A stretch of 64,000 nucleotides of DNA from a bacterium (GTDB lineage Bacteria; UBP18; UBA7526), in the NCBI GenBank assembly GCA_030615855.1, contig JAUWYL010000002.1, positions 68,423 to 132,422 on the forward strand, read 5' to 3'. Of this stretch, positions 1 through 8,723 are shown piece after piece. The position numbers were made by a program, and so were the translations under genes. The notes beneath the pieces were generated by a model. It made no database searches and was not told the origin of the DNA. It saw only the letters and a program-made list of their open reading frames with translations. The first letter of the stretch is position 1. Every line of letters starts with the position of its first letter.

Positions 1-803
1 CGTAAGATCCCAAACTACTTTTCCTTTAAAATCAGTCAGCTTCACTATTAAATTTACCAGATTTTTGATACTAATTTCCCTGCCGGAACCAAGATTAATT
101 GGCTCCAGAGTGTTTAATCTCTCCGCCGCCAAAATAATTCCTTCAACTAAATCTTTAACATAGATAAAATCTCTTTTAGGGCTACCATCTCCCCAAATTA
201 CTAATTTTTTTTCCTCAAAACACTTTTTAACAAGCGAGGGAATCACATGAGCCGTTTCTAAATCAAAATTATCTCTTGGACCATAGGTATTGTTGGCAAC
301 AACTACATTAACATCCATCCCAAATTCTTGATGATAGGTTTTTGCCAAAACCGCCATCGTTCTCTTTGCCCAACCAAAGCCAAAGTGAGATTCGTCGGGG
401 GGACCATTAAATAAATTTTCCTCTTTAAGTGGCATGGGAGAGTTTTTAGGGTAGGCGGGCGAACAGCTCACTAAAACAATCTTTCCTACCTCATTTTTTC
501 TGGTAGCTTCAACTAAATTTAAATCCATTACCATACAATTGTAAGCTTGGGTAGCAGGGTGAGTTTTGCTATAAGCAAGACCCCCAACATCAGCCGCCAG
601 ATGAAAAATTAGATTAACTCCTCTAGTTAATTTTAAACAATTCTCAAAAACTCGTAAATCATCCTTCTGACTATTTGGGATAATAATATTTTCTCTTTTA
701 GCTCTTCTTTTTTCCACTAAATTATCTACCACATGAGAACCGATAAAACCTGTTCCACCAGTAACTAAAATTTTTCTATTCTGCCAAATTTTATTTAAGG
801 TCA
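1..803 (-). CDS. fcl: GDP-L-fucose synthase-like SDR (GDP-4-keto-6-deoxymannose 3,5-epimerase/4-reductase family). The N-terminus lies in the window; the C-terminus runs off the window start.
   Basis: The reverse-strand translation starts MTLNKIWQNRKILVTGGTGFIGSH. It shows Fcl-like blocks: AADVGGL, YGPRDNF..AHVIPSLV and VIWGDGSPKRDF. The ATG overlaps the stop of the downstream gene. Confidence 0.55.
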
Positions 804-1883
804 TAACCAATCTACTCTTCCCATCCATTTTTCTCTATTTTCTGCATACCATTTAATTGTTTCCAGCAGACCTCTTTTCCAAGTATACGTTGGCTCCCAA
901 CCTGTAAACCTATGAAGTTTGGAGTAGTCAACTCTTAGCTCCTCAACTTCGCTCTTTCCTAACCGCCCTCTCTTCTTTTCATAAACCACTTTTTTTCTTC
1001 CCCAGTATCCTTCTTTTTTACCAAGCGACAGAATCAAATCAAGCCAGTCCTTAATCCTAATAGTTCTGCCAAAGCCAAAGCAGTATACTTCTCCTGGACT
1101 ACCAAAAAGAGCAACATGGATATGGCCCAGTGCTCCATCTTTGACAAAGGTAAAATCCCTCTTTGCTCCTAAGTAGCCTAACTTAATTACTTTTCTTTCC
1201 AAGGCTTGAGTAATAATGGTAGCGGTCACATATCTCGGATTCTGCCGAGGACCGTAATTATTAAACTTCCTGGCCACTACGCCGGCAAGACCATAAGCCC
1301 TAAAATAATTTTTAAAAAGAAAGTCAGCCGCCACTTTCGAAGTAGCGTAAATACTTTGTGGATTAAGTGGTGATTTTTCATCCAGAATTAATCCCCCGCT
1401 TTTATCAAAGCGGTAATGAGATTTAAACTCGGGATTAACATTGCCATACTCTTCAGAACTACCAGCAAAACTAACTTTATAGGGATTTAGTCTAATATCA
1501 ACCATGGTTTGCAATAAATTCAATGTGCCCACAGCATTAGTTGTAAAGGTCTCATAAGCTCTCCGCCACGATTCACCTACGTGAGCCTGAGCAGCTAAGT
1601 GAAAAATAATGGATTTACTACTCCCATCCTTTTTTATCTCAAGAAGAGATTGCCTAACCGCCTGTTTATCCGTAATATCTGCCTTATGAATAGTGATCTT
1701 CCTTTGAAGGTGCCCAATGTTGTGAAGCATCCCGGAAGAAGTAGGTCTTATTAAAACATGAACATCAGCCCCAAATTCTAAGAGTTTATCCGTTAGATGG
1801 GAACCTACAAACCCATCTGCTCCAGTTATTAAAACAGTTCTTCCTTTTAAGATTTTCCTAATCTCTTTCTCTTTTTTCTTCAT
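801..1883 (-). CDS. NAD-dependent sugar-nucleotide dehydratase/epimerase (extended SDR, 4,6-dehydratase-like)
   Basis: 360 aa. It has the GxxGxxG Rossmann motif (LITGADGFVGSH) and a YxxxK catalytic motif (YATSKVAAD). The gene overlaps its neighbours in operon fashion. Confidence 0.6.
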   Translation of the reverse strand: MKKKEKEIRKILKGRTVLITGADGFVGSHLTDKLLEFGADVHVLIRPTSSGMLHNIGHLQRKITIHKADITDKQAVRQSLLEIKKDGSSKSIIFHLAAQAHVGESWRRAYETFTTNAVGTLNLLQTMVDIRLNPYKVSFAGSSEEYGNVNPEFKSHYRFDKSGGLILDEKSPLNPQSIYATSKVAADFLFKNYFRAYGLAGVVARKFNNYGPRQNPRYVTATIITQALERKVIKLGYLGAKRDFTFVKDGALGHIHVALFGSPGEVYCFGFGRTIRIKDWLDLILSLGKKEGYWGRKKVVYEKKRGRLGKSEVEELRVDYSKLHRFTGWEPTYTWKRGLLETIKWYAENREKWMGRVDWL

Positions 1884-1887
1884 AAAA

Positions 1888-2970
1888 TTATCCTTTCTTA
1901 AAAAAATTTTTAATCTCTCTACACACTCTTTTGATATCTTTCTTGGTTAAAAACGAGGAGGAAGGAAGCCAGAGTCCACATTGGGAAGCCCAGGTTGAGA
2001 CGGGAAATCTTCCGCTACCTCTATAAGGCTTTAAAGAGTGAATTGTGGGATAAAATTCTCTTGTTCCAATTTCTTTCTGGCTCAAAAATTTTTTAAGGGA
2101 TAATGGTTTATTAACAAAGATGTCAACAAACCAGGGAGTAGTTTGAGAAAGATCGGTAGGAAGCATCTTAACCTCTTTCACCTCAGCAAGTTCTTCTTCG
2201 TAGATTCTATACATTTCTCTCTTCCATTCAATTCTCTTTTTTAATTTTTTCATTTGAGCAATTCCCAAGGCTGCTTGGATATCAGTAAATTTAAAGTTAA
2301 AACCAATCGTGTCATGTTTCTGAGTCTTTCGGTCAATGCGACCGAAATCTTTAATACGATACATCTTATCTCTCAGCCGTTTACTATTAGTAACCAGAAC
2401 TCCTCCCTGACCAGTGGTAATAATCTTAGGAGTAGAAAATGAAAAACTTCCAATCTCTCCCAAAGTCCCCAGGTGCTTTCCTTTATAATACGACCCTAAG
2501 GCTTGGGCAGCATCTTCAACAATGAATAGATCATAGTCCTTAGCAATTTTTTTAAGTGCCTCCATATCTGGAGCACGAGCATTCATCGCTACGGGCATAA
2601 TCGCCTTTGTTTTTTGGGAAATCTTCTTCACCACTTCATATAAATCAAGGCAAAGATTATCCTTTTGAATATCTATTAAAATAGGGCTCGCTCCGGCAAG
2701 AAGAACAGCATTAGGACTACCAACCATAGTAAAATCTGGTACAATCACTTCATCACCCCTTTCTATCCCTAAAGCCATTAAAGCAATAGCCAGACTTACT
2801 GTTCCATTGTTTACTGCTAAAGCATAGCGACTATCAACAAACTCGGCCACCATCTTTTCAAACTCATAGGTTCTGTCAGCCTCAGTAACCCAACCAGAAT
2901 CAATAGTAGCAATAAGCTCTTTTTTCTCTTCTTCTCCTATCCAGGGTTCCATTTGATTTATTCTGATCAT
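1888..2970 (-). CDS. DegT/DnrJ/EryC1/StrS-family PLP-dependent sugar aminotransferase
   Basis: 360 aa. The fold-type I sugar-aminotransferase signature is typical of nucleotide-sugar 3- or 4-aminotransferases, with the conserved lysine region (SFSFSTPKIITTGQGG). Confidence 0.8.
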   Translation of the reverse strand: MIRINQMEPWIGEEEKKELIATIDSGWVTEADRTYEFEKMVAEFVDSRYALAVNNGTVSLAIALMALGIERGDEVIVPDFTMVGSPNAVLLAGASPILIDIQKDNLCLDLYEVVKKISQKTKAIMPVAMNARAPDMEALKKIAKDYDLFIVEDAAQALGSYYKGKHLGTLGEIGSFSFSTPKIITTGQGGVLVTNSKRLRDKMYRIKDFGRIDRKTQKHDTIGFNFKFTDIQAALGIAQMKKLKKRIEWKREMYRIYEEELAEVKEVKMLPTDLSQTTPWFVDIFVNKPLSLKKFLSQKEIGTREFYPTIHSLKPYRGSGRFPVSTWASQCGLWLPSSSFLTKKDIKRVCREIKNFFKKG

Positions 2971-2982
2971 CTTTTTCTTTCC

Positions 2983-3975
2983 TTACAAAAGAGATTTTAG
3001 GAATTTTTCTTTATACCAGATTTCATATCTCGGGTTATAAGGGTTGCTAAAAATTTTCTTTTCCAGGGCATCCTTTATCTCCAAAATACCTTCTTTCACA
3101 CTCCTTTTAGCTTTGAAACCTAATCTTCTCTCAATTTTTTTAAAAGAAATACGGTAATTACGGGGGTCCTTTTTCTTTTCCATGATCTTTATTTGAAGTT
3201 CCGGGATATATTCTTTAATTAGATTAGCAAGTTGTTTTTTTTGATAGTTTTCTGTTCCGACATTAAAAATCTCGCCAGAGATTTTGTTAAGTGGGGCTCT
3301 AAGGCAGGTAAGATAGGCATCTGCAGCATCTCTAACATGGGTAAAGGCACGCCAACATTTCGGTCCATAAATAACTACTCTTTTTTTATGAACCGCCTCG
3401 CGGACAAAATCATTTATCACAAGATTAAAACGCATTTTAGGAGAAAGTCCAAACATCATAGCGAAACGAAGAATGCAAGGGTGAAACTGAGATGTCTCAA
3501 TTGTCCTAAGGTATTCTTCACAAGCCACTTTAGTCTCAGCATAAAGAGAAGTAATGTTCAAAGAGGTATCTTCTTGAGCCAGACCAGCACGGTAGATACC
3601 GTAATTACTACAAGTGGAGCTAAAAATGAAGCGCTTAATTTTCTTCTGTTTACAGCAGGAAGCAATAATTCGAGTTGCTTCAAAGTTAATCTCCCAGGTT
3701 ACCTTAGGTTTAACCTCACATGCCTCTTCACCCACTAACGCCGCCAGATGGATAACAGTGTCTATTCTCTCAAGAGCTTCCTCAACTATTCTTCTATCTC
3801 GAATATCACCTTTAACAAACTCAAAATTGGGGTGGCCATAAAACTCAAGGAGACTCTCACCACCAAACATTAAATAATCCAATAAGCGTACTTTAAAACC
3901 TTCTTTTAAAAGGAGCGGAATTAAAATTGATCCAACATAACCTGCTCCGCCGGTAACCAATACCCTCCTTCTCAT
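2983..3975 (-). CDS. NAD-dependent epimerase/dehydratase family protein
   Basis: 330 aa. It has an N-terminal VLVTGGAGYVGS Rossmann motif and a YAETK catalytic dyad region. Confidence 0.7.
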   Translation of the reverse strand: MRRRVLVTGGAGYVGSILIPLLLKEGFKVRLLDYLMFGGESLLEFYGHPNFEFVKGDIRDRRIVEEALERIDTVIHLAALVGEEACEVKPKVTWEINFEATRIIASCCKQKKIKRFIFSSTCSNYGIYRAGLAQEDTSLNITSLYAETKVACEEYLRTIETSQFHPCILRFAMMFGLSPKMRFNLVINDFVREAVHKKRVVIYGPKCWRAFTHVRDAADAYLTCLRAPLNKISGEIFNVGTENYQKKQLANLIKEYIPELQIKIMEKKKDPRNYRISFKKIERRLGFKAKRSVKEGILEIKDALEKKIFSNPYNPRYEIWYKEKFLKSLL

Positions 3976-4961
3976 AACTTAACCCCTCCTAGATCTTTTC
4001 TGAAATTTTCATCTTCTTTAAACCTCGCTCGGAACCATTCCACGGTCTTTTTTAAACCGGATATAAAGTCATACTCCGGGTCATAGTTTAAAAGGTTTCT
4101 GGCCCGGGAGATATCTGCCAGGGCGCGGTAAGCATCGCCTGGTCGGGGGGGAAGGAAGACCGGCTTTAGATCCTTATGCATAATCTCATTGAGGATCCTT
4201 AATAGCTCCAAGATAGAGATATCCCTACCGCAGGCAATATTAAAGATCTCACATCTTAGATTCTGAGTATTCATCGCTCTGATATTAGCCTCCACCACGT
4301 TATCCACAAAGGAAAAATCCCGCGATTGCCGACCATCCCCATAGATAGGCGGTGATTCATCCTTTAATAAAGAGGCGATAAACTTGGGGATGACAACAGC
4401 ATACTCATCATCCAAGCTCTGGCGGGGGCCAAAGACATTGAAGTATCGAAGAGAGACCGTCTCAAGATTATGGTTCTCTGAAAAGATACGGCAGTAATAT
4501 TCACCTGCGAGTTTAGTCAGGGCATAGGGCGAGATGAGCAATGGTATATCGGCCTCCTTCTCCGGGAAGTTCTGGGTATCGCCATAGATAGAACTGGAGG
4601 AGGCAAAGACAAAGCGTTTCACTCCTGCCTCCCGGGCAGCCCGAAGTAGGTTCAGGGTGCCATCAATATTGACCTCATTAAACTCATACGGATTGGCCAG
4701 TGATTTAGGAACTGAACGCCGGGCAGCCTGATGCAGAACATAATCCATGCCCTTACAAGCCTCCTGGCAGGTTCTAAAATCACGGATATCACCCCGTATC
4801 AGGCTGTAGACCCGAGGACTAAGGCCTGAGGTAAAACCCAGGTTCTCCTCTTTCCCTGAGGAGAAGTCATCCAATACCTGGACAGAATAGCCTTCTTTAA
4901 GCAGCCTTTCCACGATATGGGAACCGATGAACCCCGCCCCACCAGTAACTAAAATCCTCAT
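3972..4961 (-). CDS. NAD-dependent nucleotide-sugar epimerase (UDP-hexose/UDP-GlcNAc 4-epimerase-like)
   Basis: 329 aa. Motifs are ILVTGGAGFIGSH and YALTK, and it shows WbpP/CapD-like SDR similarity. A 4-nt overlap with both neighbours indicates an operon. Confidence 0.7.
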   Translation of the reverse strand: MRILVTGGAGFIGSHIVERLLKEGYSVQVLDDFSSGKEENLGFTSGLSPRVYSLIRGDIRDFRTCQEACKGMDYVLHQAARRSVPKSLANPYEFNEVNIDGTLNLLRAAREAGVKRFVFASSSSIYGDTQNFPEKEADIPLLISPYALTKLAGEYYCRIFSENHNLETVSLRYFNVFGPRQSLDDEYAVVIPKFIASLLKDESPPIYGDGRQSRDFSFVDNVVEANIRAMNTQNLRCEIFNIACGRDISILELLRILNEIMHKDLKPVFLPPRPGDAYRALADISRARNLLNYDPEYDFISGLKKTVEWFRARFKEDENFRKDLGGVKL

Positions 4962-5857
4962 CTTCGTCTTCCTTCAATCAAGTATTGAATTCCGACCAGA
5001 AACCTTAAAGAATAAAGCCCTAAGGCTAATAAGGGTTGTCTCAAAAGTTTCTTCCACTTTCCCTTCTCCAGAAAGACTCCCAAATATCGATACCAGAATC
5101 CCAACTGTTTTCTTATGATTATATCATCCTTTCCCCATTTTTTGATATACTTTGTAAACGATCGGGAATAATAACCTTTTTTCTTTAGATATCTCTTGAG
5201 ATTAAATTCTTCTTCGTTGTGATATAAGGAACCATCTATAATATCTACTTTTCCAATTTTTTTAATCCTTCGGTCAAAATCCCAATCTTCAGGGCCAGTT
5301 AGAGACTCGTCAAATCCATCAATTTTTAAAAATTCATCTCTACGAACAAATCTCACACAATCTATTACTGTGGCATTATAAAAACCTCTTTCAAAATCCC
5401 TCACTCTCACCCAAAAACTATTTCCGACTATTCGCTCAGGAATGTATAGTGCCACACAGCCTTCGTTCTCACCCCGAAGGAAAGCCTCCCCATACCATCC
5501 CGCCGAGGCGGAAGCTACGGGGCAGGTTGGCTTCCTACGGGGCAGGCATTTATTTACACACTCCTCTATTACCTTTTCAGATAAAACCATATCCGTATCA
5601 AGATATAAGATATACTTCCCGCTGGACCTTTCCACCCCAAAGTTTCTTTGGGCAGAACGCTCAGGACCTTTGTTAAGAATTTTATTTGTAAATTTTTTAG
5701 CTAATTCAACTGTATTATCAGTTGAATTATTATCTACTACTATTATTTCTATCTTTTCTTGTGGATAGGACTGGCTTTTTATACTTTGAAGACAGTTCTT
5801 AATATTTTTTTCTTCGTTTTTAGTAGTGATAATTATACTGACAGATGGCAAATTCAC
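4958..5857 (-). CDS. Family 2 glycosyltransferase
   Basis: 299 aa. It has the GT2 motifs VSIIITTKNEE and DNNSTD plus a DTD (DxD) motif. Its N-terminus closely parallels the GT2 part of the 13973-15472 protein. Confidence 0.8.
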   Translation of the reverse strand: MNLPSVSIIITTKNEEKNIKNCLQSIKSQSYPQEKIEIIVVDNNSTDNTVELAKKFTNKILNKGPERSAQRNFGVERSSGKYILYLDTDMVLSEKVIEECVNKCLPRRKPTCPVASASAGWYGEAFLRGENEGCVALYIPERIVGNSFWVRVRDFERGFYNATVIDCVRFVRRDEFLKIDGFDESLTGPEDWDFDRRIKKIGKVDIIDGSLYHNEEEFNLKRYLKKKGYYSRSFTKYIKKWGKDDIIIRKQLGFWYRYLGVFLEKGKWKKLLRQPLLALGLYSLRFLVGIQYLIEGRRR

Positions 5858-6009
5858 TTTCTTATACTATATTCTCTCTTTCTATTGAAATAAGAACCTC
5901 CGATTTCATCGGAAAACCTTGTTTCTCGCTTTGCTTAAAAATGAGCCAAGCAAGTTGTCTCTTTCTTCGCTACCGCTCAGAAATAAGAACCTTGTTTTTC
6001 CGCTAACGT

Positions 6010-7044
6010 TCAAAATAAAGCTTTGTTTTCTTTGACCCAGGAAATAAGTTTTTTCATTCCTTCTTTTGGGGTCACTTTTGGTTCCCAGTTTAAGGCCTTT
6101 TTAACCTTTGAGATATCTGAGATGTATACTTTTTGGTCGCTGGGGCGCCAATCGCTGAAGGTGATCTTGCTTCTCTTCCCTGTTTCTGCTTCTAAAAAAT
6201 CTAAAAATTCTAACAGAGAAGTGGTATTCTCTGGGCCACCACCAATATTGAAGACTGCATGCCTGAGATCACTTTCTATAAATTTATCATAGGCCTCTAT
6301 CAGATCAGTAACATAAAGAAGGTCTCTTACTTGCTTTCCATTGCCATAGATGGTAATCGGCTTGCTAAATAAAGCGGCAATAATGAACCAGGCCACCCAA
6401 CCCTGGTCTTCGAAGCCAAACTGACGCGTCCCAAAAATGCAAGACATGCGAAAGACTGCAGTCTTCATACCATAGATATGAGCATATTCTTGGGTATAGA
6501 TGTCTCCCACATATTTACTTACCCCATAGGGGGTATGGCCGGTGTGATCAATGGGTATCTTCTCCGAAATACCTTCTACTCCATCATAGATATAGCGTTC
6601 CTCCTTCTCTATCAAGGGAATTTTATCCACGTTTTCCCCATAGACTTTGTTAGTACTACAATAAATAAATACAGCATTTTTTGATTTCTTTCTCAGACAT
6701 TCCAAGACATTTAGAGTACCAAAGGCATTGATGCTGAAGTCCTCCCTGGGAATGCGTACGGATAGAGGAACCCCGGGCTGACCAGCAGTATGAATAACTA
6801 CATCCACTCCATCCCCAATGGCCTTTAAGACGTCTTTCTCATTCCGAACATCCCCCTTAATTCTCTTAATGTTATCATATTTTGCTAAATAGTTCCAGTT
6901 ATACTCCACGCTCTTCTTGTCATAGCCAAAGAGTTGAGAACGCATTAAGTTATCCAATACAATTACTTCATCGCCTTTCTTAGCATAATACTCTGCGGTA
7001 TGACTCCCCACTAATCCTGCTCCCCCAGTAACCAATACTCTCAT
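6010..7044 (-). CDS. NAD-dependent epimerase/dehydratase (CDP-paratose 2-epimerase-like)
   Basis: 344 aa. Motifs are VLVTGGAGLVGSH and YGVSK. Confidence 0.6.
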   Translation of the reverse strand: MRVLVTGGAGLVGSHTAEYYAKKGDEVIVLDNLMRSQLFGYDKKSVEYNWNYLAKYDNIKRIKGDVRNEKDVLKAIGDGVDVVIHTAGQPGVPLSVRIPREDFSINAFGTLNVLECLRKKSKNAVFIYCSTNKVYGENVDKIPLIEKEERYIYDGVEGISEKIPIDHTGHTPYGVSKYVGDIYTQEYAHIYGMKTAVFRMSCIFGTRQFGFEDQGWVAWFIIAALFSKPITIYGNGKQVRDLLYVTDLIEAYDKFIESDLRHAVFNIGGGPENTTSLLEFLDFLEAETGKRSKITFSDWRPSDQKVYISDISKVKKALNWEPKVTPKEGMKKLISWVKENKALF

Positions 7045-8066
7045 TCTCTCCTCCTCATAAAGTCTCGGAGATGACCTAAAACTGCTTTTCCAGCACGCCA
7101 GAAAAACTTCAGGTCTTCAATATTCCTGATGGATATTATCTTTCTAACTAAGAATCGGGGAGTGATAAAGGATTTATAGATGCCCTGAGTAAGTCGCATT
7201 ACCTCCTCATCCTTCATTCTGGTCTTCATGGCTGGCTGACTCATATCGAATCTGTCCCAATCCCCACTCTTTAACCAACCATTCTTCCTGCATTCCTCAA
7301 AGAGGACCGTTCCGGGATAGGGAATCATAATGGTTGCCTGCAGAGAATCTATCAAGCCTTTACTAAACAAGTCCTTTGTCATCTGAATAGTCTTCTCTGC
7401 TTCCACCTTTGTCTCCCAGGGATAACCAACCATACAGGTAACGTGAGGCTCAAGACGACCTTTAACCTCCCTGTTTGCCTTTTTGACCTCTCCTAACTCC
7501 TTTTCAATGGCAGCAATTTCTATGTCTTTATTTAACCTATTAATCGTTTCCTGACTCGCCGATTCAAGCCCATAAAGTAAAAACCTGAAACCCGCCTTAG
7601 CCATTAGTTGGTAATCTTCTCTGGTTAATGCTCCAAAGCGCAGATTGCAATTGAAATTAATCCTTTCATTATAACCTCTTTTTATCATCCCCTGACAAAA
7701 TTCTCGCAGCCATTCACCCGCAGGAAAAGTACCGGTATCACCCATTATCTCCCGAATGTGATATTTTTCGATAAGTTCCCCTATTTCATCTAAAACATTC
7801 TCCACCGACCTTACCCTCCAGGTAGGATAGAGAGTGGTCCAGGAACAGAAGGTGCAGCCACCGTTTCTGCGCCACCAACAATCGCGACCTGCCATAATAT
7901 AAGTCCCGGGAGTTAATTTATAATTTCCATTCTCATAAGCATAGAGTTTCCATTTAGTTAAATCACGGTCAATGACAGGTAAAGAATCTAAATCATGATT
8001 TAATTGAAAACGGCCAGTGTTTTTGATTTCACCGTTTTCACGATACCAGATGCCGGGCCCCAAATC

Positions 8067-8098
8067 GGTGAACGGTGAACGGTGAACGGTGAACGGTT
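8067..8098 (-). repeat. (CGGTGAA)4 heptanucleotide tandem repeat inside the B12-rSAM ORF
   Basis: There are four perfect copies. It is in-frame and encodes PFTVHRSPFT. Confidence 0.9.
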
Positions 8099-8208
8099 TT
8101 CTTAAAGCTTGGCAGAGGTTGAGGAGAAGGAAGTCATAGTCGCCACCGGTTAATACATAATCAACTTGAGAATTGTGGAAGGACTCCTCTGGGAGGGCGG
8201 TAACATGG

Positions 8209-8529
8209 TCACCAAATAAGACGGTTTTGAGTTTTGAGTTTATCAATGATCTTCCAGTGCTGCTTAATTACCGGGGTTTTGGTCTCCATAGCAATAATAT
8301 CCGGATTTTCTTTTTTCACTTCGTCTAACCATTTCTCGTAAGTCCATTTCTCTGCTATTCCATCCAGCCAGATAACCTCATAACCCGCATTCTTAAGCAT
8401 AGTCGCTGCCAGAGCAGGAACTACAGGATAGATATAGGTAGGGTTATGGAACCATTGGAATTGCCTATTCTGACTTAATAGAGGACATCCTGGCCCTTTT
8501 AAGGGAGGATAAGATATCATTACTTTCAC
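8209..8529 (-). pseudogene. B12-binding (cobalamin-binding-like) N-terminal domain of the same radical SAM gene
   Basis: 106 aa: MKVMISYPPLKG...AATMLKNAGYEVIWLD, typical of the B12-rSAM N-domain. It stops 38 nt inside the next ORF. The frame break coincides with an (AAACTCA)2 heptamer repeat. Confidence 0.55.
8224..8242 (-). repeat. (GTTTTGA)2+ heptamer repeat at the B12-rSAM frame break
   Basis: The sequence is GGTTTTGAGTTTTGAGTTTA. The stop of the N-terminal ORF and the start of the C-terminal frame both fall within or adjacent to it. Confidence 0.85.
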
Positions 8530-8554
8530 CCCGTTAGACCTCCTCGTATAATAT

Positions 8555-8688
8555 GTTACTACACTTCGTTGTTACTATCGGTTACTACGCTCCGCTGTTA
8601 CTAACGGTTGCAGTAACTGTTAGTAACCCCTGCCTGCCGAAGCCTTGGCGTAGGCAGGCTTAGTAACCCTTTAGTAACTGCTAGTAAC
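8555..8688. promoter_or_regulatory. Phased array of 4 GTTACT and 5 AGTAAC hexamers at 10-16 bp spacing around a central GC-rich hairpin
   Basis: GTTACT occurs at 8555, 8571, 8581 and 8597. AGTAAC occurs at 8622, 8632, 8662, 8673 and 8683. The central stem is CCTGCCTGCC...GGCAGGC. The array lies upstream of the split B12-rSAM gene. Confidence 0.5.
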
Positions 8689-8723
8689 CTTCTTCATATT
8701 TGCGCATTACTTTTAAGCAATTC

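Larger units (their letters stand above)
7041..8246 (-). pseudogene. B12-binding radical SAM protein, C-terminal two-thirds (the radical SAM core)
   Basis: 401 aa reading frame with a Cys cluster CWWRRNGGCTFC (Cx7CxxC) and a TIM-barrel-like radical SAM core. This frame carries a (CGGTGAA)4 in-frame tandem repeat. Its upstream neighbour, frame-shifted relative to it, encodes the B12-binding domain. Confidence 0.55.

Noticed and set aside
2254-2442. Numerous 60-200-aa plus-strand ORFs in the track that lie antisense inside minus-strand genes (for example 2254-2442, 3232-3738, 24078-24800, 35542-36150, 36522-36956, 60540-61154)
   Set aside because: They are fully embedded antisense to well-supported conserved genes. 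They have no RBS and show low-complexity, Ser/Pro/Leu-rich translations typical of shadow ORFs. Only the OMP at 57691-59268 is a credible plus-strand gene.
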